Below the pieces are notes generated by a model that saw only the letters and a list, made by a program, of their open reading frames with translations, was not told the origin of the DNA and did no database searches. The translations under genes were made by a program, and so were the position numbers. A stretch of DNA of 64,000 nt from Dehalococcoidia bacterium (lineage in GTDB: Bacteria > Chloroflexota > Dehalococcoidia > SHYD01). Positions within the stretch are counted from its first letter, which is position 1. Each line of letters begins with the position of its first letter. The stretch spans positions 4,418 to 68,417 of the forward strand of contig SHYE01000001.1 of assembly GCA_009692935.1 (NCBI GenBank). Reading direction: 5' to 3'. Shown here one piece after another: positions 47,229 through 56,561 of this stretch.

Positions 47229-48611
47229 ATGCCCACCGTCACCATTCCCCGCATCGTCATAGCGGCGCCCAGCAGCGGCGCAGGAAAAACCACCATCACG
47301 GCGGGCCTGATTGGCGCGCTCCGGCGGCGCGGGCTGCGGGTGCAGCCCTTCAAGTGCGGGCCCGACTTCATTGACCCCAGTCATTTAGCACGCGCCGCCG
47401 GCCGCCCCGCCCGCAATCTCGATACGTGGATGTGCGAGCCCGACACCGTGCAGCAGCTCTTCGCCCACGCCTGCCGAGACGCCGACATCGCGATTATCGA
47501 AGGCGTGATGGGCCTGTTCGACGGGCGGTCGGGCGAAGGCGAGGCCGGTAGCACGGCGCAGATTGCCAAACTGCTGGGCGCGCCGGTGGTGCTGGTGCAG
47601 GATATCGCTAAGGTCGCTCGCAGCGCCGCCGCCGTCACGCTTGGGTTCCAGCAGTTCGATCCTGACCTGCACCTGGCGGGGGTCATTCTCAACCGCTCAG
47701 GAAGCCAGCGGCACTGTGAGATCATCGCGCCTGAGGTGACCAGGGTAACCGGGCTGCCGGTACTCGGCGCGATACCCCGCAGCGAGGCGATGCAGATGCC
47801 GGAGCGGCACCTGGGTCTGGTGCCGGACGCTGAGGTGTCGCTGTCGAATCAACAATTGGACATAATCGTAGACTTGCTCGAGCAGAACTGCGATATCGAC
47901 GCCATACTGGCCCTCGCGCAAACGACTGGCCCGCTGGTGGTCCCCGAGGGCGGCCCCTTCAGCAGCGAGCTGGCGGCTAAGACCGTGCGTATCGCCGTCG
48001 CCCAAGACGCCGCCTTCAGCTTCTACTACCAGGACAACCTCGACCTGCTGGAGCATTGCGGCGCCGAGCTGGTTCCCTTCAGTCCGCTGACCGACCCCGC
48101 GCTGCCGGCCGGCACCCAGGGCCTCTATTTGGGTGGCGGCTTTCCGGAGGTCTACGCCGGGCAGCTCGCGGCCAACCGCGCGCTCAAGCGTGAACTCATC
48201 GAGATCATCGACGACGGTCTTCCGACGCTGGCCGAGTGTGGCGGCTTTATCTACTTGACGGAATCGCTCACCGACTTGAACGGGCAATCGCACTCGATGT
48301 GCGGCATCCTGCCCGGTATCGTCCACATGCGGAACCGCCCGACCCTGGCCTACCTCACGGTGAAGCCGTTCAAGGACACCCTGCTACTGCCGAAAGGCGA
48401 GACGGTCCGGGCGCACGAGTTCCACTATTCGGTGCGAGCTACGCTGATTGCCTTTGCGGCCGCAGCGTTCGCCATCAAGGAGCGGCCAGGTGAAGTGGAG
48501 GGCCACGCCGAACGCAATCTGCTGGCCTCGTACCTGCACATTCACTTCGCCGCCCGCCCCGATCTCGCTCCCCGGTTCGTGGCTGCGTGCCGCGATTGGG
48601 TTCCGGCCTGA
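47229..48611 (+). CDS. cbiA: cobyrinate a,c-diamide synthase
   Basis: 460 aa. N-terminal ATPase motif IAAPSSGAGKTTITAGL and C-terminal glutamine-amidotransferase domain (LAECGGFIYL). Confidence 0.9.
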   Translation: MPTVTIPRIVIAAPSSGAGKTTITAGLIGALRRRGLRVQPFKCGPDFIDPSHLARAAGRPARNLDTWMCEPDTVQQLFAHACRDADIAIIEGVMGLFDGRSGEGEAGSTAQIAKLLGAPVVLVQDIAKVARSAAAVTLGFQQFDPDLHLAGVILNRSGSQRHCEIIAPEVTRVTGLPVLGAIPRSEAMQMPERHLGLVPDAEVSLSNQQLDIIVDLLEQNCDIDAILALAQTTGPLVVPEGGPFSSELAAKTVRIAVAQDAAFSFYYQDNLDLLEHCGAELVPFSPLTDPALPAGTQGLYLGGGFPEVYAGQLAANRALKRELIEIIDDGLPTLAECGGFIYLTESLTDLNGQSHSMCGILPGIVHMRNRPTLAYLTVKPFKDTLLLPKGETVRAHEFHYSVRATLIAFAAAAFAIKERPGEVEGHAERNLLASYLHIHFAARPDLAPRFVAACRDWVPA

Positions 48612-48636
48612 TCGGCCGGTCGTGGAGGCGATTCTG

Positions 48637-49548
48637 ATGCTAGCTGGCGCCCTGCTGCTCGATCTGTTGGCGGGCGAGTACCCCTCTCGCTGGCACCCCG
48701 TGGTATGGATGGGCGTGCTGACGGATCGCCTGATCGATTTTGCCCCGAAGGACAGCCAGGGCGAGCAGTTCGTGTACGGCGTTCTTGTAGTGGGGGTGGT
48801 GGTCGGCGTCTTCACGTTCGGAACATGGTTTATCGTAGACATAATCCGGCAGTACAACCCAGGGTTCGCCGTGGTCGCGGGTGCACTGCTCCTGAAGCCG
48901 ACGTTTTCGATTCGCGGCTTGTGGCGGGCCGCACGCGGGGTGCAAGGAGCTTTGGCAGCGGGGGAGATTGAGGAGGCTCGCGTCGCGGTGTCGCATTTGG
49001 TGAGCCGCGACGTGGCGGTGCTGGGTCAGCGGCAGATAGCCTCCGCTGCCGTGGAGTCGGTAGCCGAGAACTTCACCGACAGCGTGGTGGCGCCGTTGCT
49101 GTGGTTTGTCGCTTTCGGGCCGGCTGGCGCCATGGGCTACCGCGCCGCCAACACCCTCGACGCAATGATTGGCTACCACGGCCGCTTCGAGTTCCTTGGC
49201 AAGTTCGCTGCCCGGCTCGATGATGTGCTGAACCTCATTCCCGCTCGCATCGCCGCGCTGGTGCTGCTGCTGGCGACCCCGCTTAGCGGCGCCAATCTGC
49301 GGATGGCTTGGCTCACGCTGTGGCGTGACCACGCCCACACCGCCAGCCCCAACGCCGGATGGACCATGAGCGCGCTGGCCGGCGCGCTGGGGGTGCGCCT
49401 CGAAAAGTCAGGCCACTACACGCTGGGCAGTGGGTTCGCCATCGCCGCAGGCAGCGACATCGGGCGTTCGCTCCGGCTCTACTGGAACGCCACCTCCATC
49501 CTTGTAGCACTCTGTTTCGTGTTGCTGGCGGTGCTGCATGCCGGTTGA
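48637..49548 (+). CDS. cbiB: adenosylcobinamide-phosphate synthase
   Basis: Trimmed to the ATG at 48637 (GGAGG RBS). Polytopic CobD/CbiB-like 303 aa. Confidence 0.85.
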   Translation: MLAGALLLDLLAGEYPSRWHPVVWMGVLTDRLIDFAPKDSQGEQFVYGVLVVGVVVGVFTFGTWFIVDIIRQYNPGFAVVAGALLLKPTFSIRGLWRAARGVQGALAAGEIEEARVAVSHLVSRDVAVLGQRQIASAAVESVAENFTDSVVAPLLWFVAFGPAGAMGYRAANTLDAMIGYHGRFEFLGKFAARLDDVLNLIPARIAALVLLLATPLSGANLRMAWLTLWRDHAHTASPNAGWTMSALAGALGVRLEKSGHYTLGSGFAIAAGSDIGRSLRLYWNATSILVALCFVLLAVLHAG

Positions 49549-50641
49549 GCCGAACGGGCACCTGCTGTGGGTAGCTCCCGCAGTCCATGGGGGCGCTACA
49601 GATCGCGACCGCTCTTCAGGCGGTGAGGCGCTGGTCGACTTCAGCGTCAACAGCAACCCCTACGGCCCCTCGCCGGCCGCGCTTGATGCGGTGCGATATG
49701 TAGACATAACGCGCTATCCCGATCCGGATGCCACCGCGCTGCGCGAAGCCATTGGCATGAAGGAGCGGGTGTCAGCCGACGCAGTGCTACCGGGCAATGG
49801 ATCGCTCGAGATGATGTTTCTGGCCGCACACGCCTACCTGGCTGCCGGCGATAAGGCCCTAGTGTTCGGCCCCACCTTCGGCGAGTACGCTCGCGCCGCC
49901 ATGGTGGCCGGAGCCGAGGTGGTTGAGGCGACCGCGAGTCCAGCCGGCGGGTATCAATTCGACGGACATGCCATGAACACCGCGCTCGGCACACTCGCGC
50001 CACGGGTCGCGTTCATCTGCAATCCTAACAACCCTACGGGCCGCTATGTGCCGGCAGAGGCCTTACGAGCCCTGGCTGCCCGCCACCCACAGACGCTCTT
50101 CGTGATCGACGAAGCCTATTTACCGTTCGTCGATCGCGGGGAAAGCTGCGTGCGCCCGGAACTCCTCGCCAACGTCGTGGTGCTGCGTTCCATGACCAAG
50201 GACGGTGCCATGCCTGGCCTGCGGCTCGGATACGCCTTGGCGCGTCCGGGGCTGCTGGACCCACTGCGCACCGCACAGCCTACGTGGAGCGTGAACGCGC
50301 TGGCCCAGGCTGCCGGCGTCGCAACGCTGAGGGATACCGGACACTGGGCGCGCTCGATCATGGCGATCCACGATGCCAAGCGCTACCTCGTGGGAGCGCT
50401 GCACGACCTCGGATGCGTGCTGTTGCCGTCTGATGCCAACTACTTTCTGTGGCAGGTGCGCGGGGCTCGGGGTTGGCGGCAGGCGCTCCTGACCCGGGGG
50501 TGCCTGGTTCGCGACTGTAGCTCCTTCGGGATGCGCGGCTATCTGCGCGTCAGTGTCCGCACCTCGCCGGAGTGCGAACGGCTGGTGGAGGCCGTACGAT
50601 GGGTGCAGGCCCAGGCTGGCCTGGAGCATGAGCAGCGCTGA
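49538..50641 (+). CDS. cobD: L-threonine-O-3-phosphate decarboxylase (class II aminotransferase fold)
   Basis: 367 aa with aminotransferase I/II signatures (NPNNPTG, SMTKDGAMPGLRLGY). Overlaps the cbiB stop. Confidence 0.8.
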   Translation: MPVEPNGHLLWVAPAVHGGATDRDRSSGGEALVDFSVNSNPYGPSPAALDAVRYVDITRYPDPDATALREAIGMKERVSADAVLPGNGSLEMMFLAAHAYLAAGDKALVFGPTFGEYARAAMVAGAEVVEATASPAGGYQFDGHAMNTALGTLAPRVAFICNPNNPTGRYVPAEALRALAARHPQTLFVIDEAYLPFVDRGESCVRPELLANVVVLRSMTKDGAMPGLRLGYALARPGLLDPLRTAQPTWSVNALAQAAGVATLRDTGHWARSIMAIHDAKRYLVGALHDLGCVLLPSDANYFLWQVRGARGWRQALLTRGCLVRDCSSFGMRGYLRVSVRTSPECERLVEAVRWVQAQAGLEHEQR

Positions 50642-50663
50642 CAGCGGACACAGGACGAAGCGA

Positions 50664-51028
50664 TGGAGGTGCCCTTGGGGCTCACTCATGTTGACGGTGT
50701 GGTCAGCAACGACTTGGGACGCGGGATCCCGGTCTCCTTTTTGGTCGACAGCGGCGCGACATATAGCCTGCTACCCCAAGGGGTGTGGCAAGGACTGGGC
50801 TTACAAACCGCAAGAGGGGATGGAGATCACTTTGGCTGATGGGTCGCGGGTGAGTCGGAACATCTCAGAGTGCCGGATGACGCTGCTGTGGCGCACCCGG
50901 CACTCCCGGTCATTCTCGGCGAGGCCGGTGATGAGCCACCCCTCGGCGCCATAACCCTGGAAATTTTCGGGTTCGTGCTTAATCCCTTCAACCGAACCCT
51001 CCAACCCCTTAGGGCCATGCTGGCATGA
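50664..51028 (+). pseudogene. retropepsin-like (clan AA) aspartic peptidase remnant with two frameshifts, lying between cobD and cobC
   Basis: Frame 1 FLVDSGATYSLLP (DSGA active-site motif). Frame 2 EITLADGSRVS. Frame 3 PVILGEAGDEPPLGAITLEIFGFVLNP (typical retropepsin C-terminus). Confidence 0.45.
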
Positions 51029-51068
51029 AACAGGTTTGGCGTAACGAAGCGCGCCTGCTGGCAGCGCC

Positions 51069-51725
51069 ATGACAGACACCACGCTGACCCTCTACTTGGT
51101 CCGCCATCCCGAGACAGACATGAACGCTGCTCGTAGGTTGGCCGGATCCACCGAGGCGCAGCTTTCGCCCCTTGGCTTGGAACAGGCGCAGCTGGTGACG
51201 GCGCGGTTCCATGGCGTGCCGCTGACCAGGGTCTACAGCAGTCCACAGGTGCGCTGCCGCGTGGTGGCCGAGCAGGTGACTCGAGGCGCGAATCTGACGC
51301 TACAGCTTTTGGGCGACCTGCGAGAGGCCGAGATGGGCGAGTGGGAGGGGCGCGAGTTTAGTGAACTGGAACGGCCGTATCCTCAGGCTCGGGAGGCATG
51401 GCGGTCCGATCCGCACTTTGGGCCTCCTGGGGGCGAATCGGCGTTGGCAGTCTGGGACCGGGTGCAGGGGGCGCTGCGCACCATCGTGGAGCACGGCCCG
51501 GGCGCCGCGTTGGTGATGAGCCACGGCCTCACCCTGCGCACTGCTTTGGGGGCGCTAACAGGCTACACTCGGCACACGGCATGGAACCACTACCCGTTCC
51601 GGCTCACTAATACCAGCGTGACGGTGGCCGAGGTGCTCGACCCGGCTTGGCCGCTGAAACCGGGAGCCGTGGTGTTGCACAAGCTCAACGATACCTACCA
51701 TCTGTCGGAGTCCGCTGGTGCCTAA
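51069..51725 (+). CDS. cobC: histidine-phosphatase family protein; alpha-ribazole phosphatase by operon context
   Basis: RHG motif LVRHPETD at the N-terminus, 218 aa, between cobD and cbiP. Confidence 0.7.
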   Translation: MTDTTLTLYLVRHPETDMNAARRLAGSTEAQLSPLGLEQAQLVTARFHGVPLTRVYSSPQVRCRVVAEQVTRGANLTLQLLGDLREAEMGEWEGREFSELERPYPQAREAWRSDPHFGPPGGESALAVWDRVQGALRTIVEHGPGAALVMSHGLTLRTALGALTGYTRHTAWNHYPFRLTNTSVTVAEVLDPAWPLKPGAVVLHKLNDTYHLSESAGA

Positions 51726-53253
51726 CGGACGGCTGCTGATGCTGCAAGGCACGGCCAGTAACGTGGGCAAGAGCGTGCTTACCGCCGGACTTTGCCGGTT
51801 GCTCTGGCAAGACGGCTATCGGGTGGCGCCGTTCAAAGCCCAGAATATGTCGAACAACAGCTTCGTGACGCCCAGTGGCGGCGAGATCGGGCGGGCCCAA
51901 GCGGTGCAAGCAGCCGCCTGCAACCTGCCACCCCACGTCGACATGAACCCCATTCTGTTGAAGCCCGAGTCAGAGGCCCGCTCGCAAGTGGTAGTGCTGG
52001 GCAAGTCAACCGAAGCGATGAGCGCCCGCGAGTACTACCGGCGCAAGCTGGAACTGCGGCCGGTCACGTTGGAGGCACTGGCGCGACTGCGGGCCCAGTA
52101 CGACGTGGTGGTGATCGAGGGGGCCGGCAGTCCGGCCGAGATCAACCTGCGATCAGTGGACCTGGTGAATATGGGACTGGCGCGCGCGGTCGATGCCCCC
52201 GTAGTGCTGGTCGGCGATATTGACCGGGGCGGGGTGTTCGCGCACCTCTACGGCACCCTGGAGCTGCTGGAGCCGGAGGATCGGGCCCTGGTGCGCGGGT
52301 TCATCATCAACAAGTTCCGCGGCGACAAGTCCATCCTCGACCCCGGCGTGGAGGCGATTGCCGCTCGTACCGGGGTGCCATGCCTGGGTGTGGTGCCCTG
52401 GGTCGCGAACCACGGTCTGCCCGAGGAGGACTCGGTCGTGCTCGACGGGCACGGCGCTGCCCACCCTGCGCCCGGTGCGGTGCTCGATATCGCCGTCATC
52501 AAGCTGCCGCGTATCTCAAATTTCACGGACTTTGAGCCGTTGCAGGCCGAGTCCGGTGTCTCGCTGAGGTATGTCGAGCGCGCGGATGCCCTTGGCCAGC
52601 CCGACGTGATCATTGTGCCGGGGACCAAGTCGACCATGGCGGACCTTCGCTTCTTGCGTGAGGCGGGCTTCGCAGTGGCATTGCGGCGCCATGCCCGAGC
52701 TGGGCGGCTCCTCCTGGGCATCTGTGGCGGTCTGCAGATGCTGGGGGGCCATATTCTCGACCCGCTCGGCGTGGAGTCGGACGAGACTGAGGCCGAGGGG
52801 CTGGGTCTGCTGCCGTTGGAAACCACTTTCGAACGTGAGAAGACGACCGTGGAGGCCAAGGGTCTGGTGTTGGCTGCGCCCGGTGTGTTCGGTGCAGCGC
52901 GTGGTCTACCGGTGGCGGGCTATGAGATCCACAATGGCCAGTCCCGGCTGATTGGCGAGGCCGGCCCGCTGCTGCGGCTGACGCATCGTGCGGGTTGGCC
53001 GGTCGACACGGTAGATGGCCTTATCAACGCAGAGGGCACGGTGGCCGGAACCTATGTGCACGGACTCTTCGATAGTGACCCGTTCCGCCATGCGTTTCTG
53101 CAGGAGCTGGCTGCCCGCAAGGGCGTCACCCTGCCGGAGCAAGCAGACGAGCCTGCCGCACCGGACGGCGACGTCTTCGATCGCATGGCTGACCTGCTGC
53201 GCCAGCACCTCGACATACCTGCCATCTACCGCATCGCGGGTTTGGCCACGTAA
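51718..53253 (+). CDS. cbiP: cobyric acid synthase
   Basis: 511 aa. N-terminal GTASNVGKSVLTAGLCR and C-terminal amidotransferase domain (LGICGGLQMLG). Confidence 0.9.
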   Translation: MPNGRLLMLQGTASNVGKSVLTAGLCRLLWQDGYRVAPFKAQNMSNNSFVTPSGGEIGRAQAVQAAACNLPPHVDMNPILLKPESEARSQVVVLGKSTEAMSAREYYRRKLELRPVTLEALARLRAQYDVVVIEGAGSPAEINLRSVDLVNMGLARAVDAPVVLVGDIDRGGVFAHLYGTLELLEPEDRALVRGFIINKFRGDKSILDPGVEAIAARTGVPCLGVVPWVANHGLPEEDSVVLDGHGAAHPAPGAVLDIAVIKLPRISNFTDFEPLQAESGVSLRYVERADALGQPDVIIVPGTKSTMADLRFLREAGFAVALRRHARAGRLLLGICGGLQMLGGHILDPLGVESDETEAEGLGLLPLETTFEREKTTVEAKGLVLAAPGVFGAARGLPVAGYEIHNGQSRLIGEAGPLLRLTHRAGWPVDTVDGLINAEGTVAGTYVHGLFDSDPFRHAFLQELAARKGVTLPEQADEPAAPDGDVFDRMADLLRQHLDIPAIYRIAGLAT

Positions 53254-53840
53254 TGGCAAAGGCCTTTACCCTGATCCTTGGCGGCGTCCGCAGCGGCAAG
53301 AGCGACCTCGCGCAGAAGCTGGCGCAGCACGCCGGGGGGCAGGTGCTGTTCCTTGCCACCGCCGAACCCGGCGACGCTGAAATGCAAACCAGGATCGCCG
53401 CACACCGCGCGCAACGGCCGGCCGGCTGGCGCACGGTGGAGGCGCCACTGCAACTGGCCGACACGCTCGATCGACATGCCGCTGGCGTGGACGTCGTGCT
53501 GTTGGACTGCGTGACGCTGTGGGTGTCGAACATCATGGCGGCTGTCACGCCGGTGGGGGCTGAATCGCCGAGCATGGCCGCGGCCGAGGGCGCACTCGCG
53601 CAAGAGTTGGGCGCGCTGCACGACTGGCATCGCGGCACCTCCGCTTCCATCATCGCCGTCTCGAACGAAGTGGGCATGGGGCTGGTACCGCCGTACCCCA
53701 GCGGTCGTCTCTACCGAGACCTGTTGGGCATGGCCAACCAACGGCTGGCAACGCTGGCCACCCAGGTCTACGTGACCTTCGCCGGCATCCCAGTGGACGT
53801 GAAAGCGCTCTCTGCCCGCTTGTGGGAGCACGCTCCCTAA
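53253..53840 (+). CDS. cobU: bifunctional adenosylcobinamide kinase / adenosylcobinamide-phosphate guanylyltransferase
   Basis: P-loop ILGGVRSGKS at the N-terminus. 195 aa. Start overlaps the cbiP stop. Confidence 0.85.
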   Translation: MAKAFTLILGGVRSGKSDLAQKLAQHAGGQVLFLATAEPGDAEMQTRIAAHRAQRPAGWRTVEAPLQLADTLDRHAAGVDVVLLDCVTLWVSNIMAAVTPVGAESPSMAAAEGALAQELGALHDWHRGTSASIIAVSNEVGMGLVPPYPSGRLYRDLLGMANQRLATLATQVYVTFAGIPVDVKALSARLWEHAP

Positions 53841-54300
53841 CCCTTACGGTGTGCGGTGTGTGCGCCGGCTTGTTGTAGGGTTCCGCAGAGGGGTTGCCGC
53901 GCGGGTCGCGCCGAAGGGGACGATGCAGGACGGGTGTACCCGTAAGAGCTCAGGGTTGATGAGTTGGCCTTGAGACCTGCGGGCTAAGGCCACGCAGCAC
54001 CCACCATAGTGCACTGATCGGCATGGTCTCGGCAGGGAGTCCAGAGGGGAAGGTGCGTCCCCTCAGGCAGGGGATTAGGGGTTCCCCCCACTCCGAGACC
54101 CCTGGGGGTGGGCGGGCGGTAAAGACGCGCTCGCCGAAAGCTAACCAAGCCAGAACTCAAGGGCTCACGGCCACCGTGCAGCCCGGCCTATAACACGTCT
54201 ACGTGTTGCTCCCGGTGTGCGGCGTGTGCTTGACGGGAGTTCAAGCGTCACTTAGCGTGGAGTCTGGAAACGATTCTCCAGGGTTGGCGTCAACACACTC
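53841..54300. other. 460-bp gene-free GC-rich region bounded by a direct repeat GGTGTGCGG(T/C)GTGTGC (53851-53866 and 54218-54233); contains a family-2 repeat copy
   Basis: No ORF of 60 aa or more on either strand. Repeated 16-mer at both ends. Internal hairpins ggggaaggtgcgtcccc and the GTCCCCTCAGGC motif. Confidence 0.4.
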
Positions 54301-56330
54301 ATGCCTTACCGAACACTGCCCGTAGTCATACGTTCGAACGGGCGGCGAGCCCTGGTGGCCGCTTTCGGCCTTCTGCTCTCCACTGGGGGCCTGGCACTCA
54401 ATCCGCAGCCAGGGCGCGCTCACGCCGCTGGTATCGTCGTGACGTCGCTGGCGGACACGCTGACTGCTGACGGACAGTGCACGCTGCGCGAAGCTCTGGC
54501 GAATGCCCAGGCTGATTCCGCGGTGCATGCCGACTGTGCCGGCGGCGCCGGGTTCGACGTTGTCACCTTCTCGTTGAGCGGCGTCATTGCGCTTGCCTCC
54601 CCGCTACCGCAACTCGACAGTACCGGTGGCGCGATCACCATCGACGGGGTTGGGCAGGCCGTTACGGTCGATGGCGGCGGGGCAGTGGTCAACCTCCACG
54701 GCGCGCAAATGGTGGTGACCGGCAGCAGTTTCACTGCGAATACAGCCCTGCTGGCCGGCGGGACCGTCTTGAATGGCGCCGGTGTGCGGTTGGGGGCCGC
54801 AGCGTTGCTGCACGTCTCCAACAGCACGTTCAATGGGAACACCGCCGGGCAAGATCCGGTGCCTTGGGGCAATGGTGGCGCACTGGTGAACCAAGGCACA
54901 GGAACGTTCTCCGCCACGACCTTCGAGAGCAACCACGCCTCGCAGGACGGCGGCACCATCTACAATCGCTGGCCATTGACGATCACCAACTCGACGCTGC
55001 GAGGAAACACCGCGCTCGATTCTGGCGCGGGCCTGAAGAACAACGGTGGGGCCGTGGTGGTGATCGGCTCGACGTTCACAGCGAACGATGGCCGCGGCGA
55101 GGGTGGCGGCGGGCTGTCGCAAGATGGCGGAAGCCTGACCATGGCGACAGCACCGTATCGGGCAACTTGGCGGGGGCATCCGGCGAAGGCGGTGGGGTGC
55201 TGATTCTCGGTGGGACGATGGCGTTGCCCCACGTGACCATCGCCCAAAATCGGGCTGGCTCGACGTCTGGGAACGGCGGTGGTCTACGCAATCGCACCGG
55301 GTCGGGCGTCACCCTGGCGAACTCGCTGGTGGCGGCGAACACCGCCCCGGGCGGCATCGGCCCCGACTGCAACGGCGCCTTCACGCTGACTGCGCCGGTA
55401 ATGATGACCCAGCCGTCGGGGTGCGCCCTCAGCGGGACGCCGGCACTTGTCAATGACCCGCTGCTAAGTCTGCTGGAGAACAACGGCGGGCCAGCCCAGA
55501 GTCACCTCCTGCTCGCCGGCAGCCCTGCGCTCAACATCGACGCCGCGACGGCGTGCACGGCCTCGCCTGTCGCCGGTGTCGACCAACGCAGCATCGCGCG
55601 TCCTTATGGCGCCGGGTGCGACCTGGGAGCGACCGAGGCCAGCACCCCCAGTGGGTCGAATCTGCGACTGACCACCGGAACTGTTGGCCTGAGCTGGGGG
55701 ACCGACAACGCACAAACGGCACAGCACGTGCTGCGGCTCGCCGTGGCGCCGAGCGGGCCTGTCCAGACGTTCGGGCCGCTGCCCGCAACTGCCACCAGCT
55801 ATGGAGACGCCACGGCTGGAAACGGGACCCTGTACTGCTATCTGGTAACGCCTGCCGATACCGGCGGGATCCTCGGCATCTCCGACCTGCTGTGTACCCA
55901 GCTTGGGCTGCGAACCGGGGCTCCGGCGCCCAATGCGTTCGCTGTCGCCCAGGGCCAGACCAGCACCGCCACGCTCACTTGGTCGCCGCCGGTGGGAGGT
56001 GTGGATGGGTACACCCTTCTGGTGTTGCCCGACAACGGTGATCCGCCGGTCACCCTCCCGCTTGGCAGCGGAGTGACCACTGCGGCGTACCCGACGGGCG
56101 GCGACGTCACCTGCTTCATCCTGTTCGGCACACGCACTGCCCCCGCAGGTGTGGGTTACACCGACTTGTTGTGCGCCGTGCCTAGCGTTGCCACGCTGGG
56201 GCGGGTGAGCCTTGGGCAGGTCACCGCGCTCACTTCACCGCTGATTCCGGCTGCGGATGCCCTGGCCGAACGGCTGGCTGCGCTGGCGCGCGAGTACTGG
56301 TTCCAACCGCTGGCCCCTGCTTTTGAGTAG
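54301..56330 (+). pseudogene. secreted CSLREA-domain right-handed beta-helix repeat protein with FN3-like C-terminal domains; one frameshift near 55135-55150
   Basis: Signal peptide, CTLREALANAQAD (CSLREA-type motif), repeated NGxxG/GGAL beta-helix turns. Frame 1 ends at 55203 and frame 2 continues ...GDSTVSGNLAGASGEGGGVLILGG... Confidence 0.55.
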
Positions 56331-56561
56331 CGCTCGCCGCAACCCAGTCCTAGGGACGGCGCTCCACGCTGGCACGCAAGGCTTTGCTTGCCTTCAAACG
56401 CCACCCCTGCCGTAGCCGCAGCTCGCAGTGCCGTGCCCAGTAAGCGTGGTGCCCTCGTACCTCGTCCGGAGGTGCTGTTGTGTCCGGCACGTCTTCCTGG
56501 TATACCTTACCCATCTCGCTACCGCATCTCCTATAGGGAATGCCGACCACCGGAGGCTCGC

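Noticed and set aside
53841-54300. RNase P RNA, tmRNA or SRP RNA in the 460-bp gene-free region
   Set aside because: Conserved blocks (GGAAAGUCCGGGC, GGUAAGAGCGCACC; tmRNA tag reading frame and 3-prime CCA; SRP GGAAGCAGCC) are absent on both strands. Only a loose AAGAGC fragment is present.
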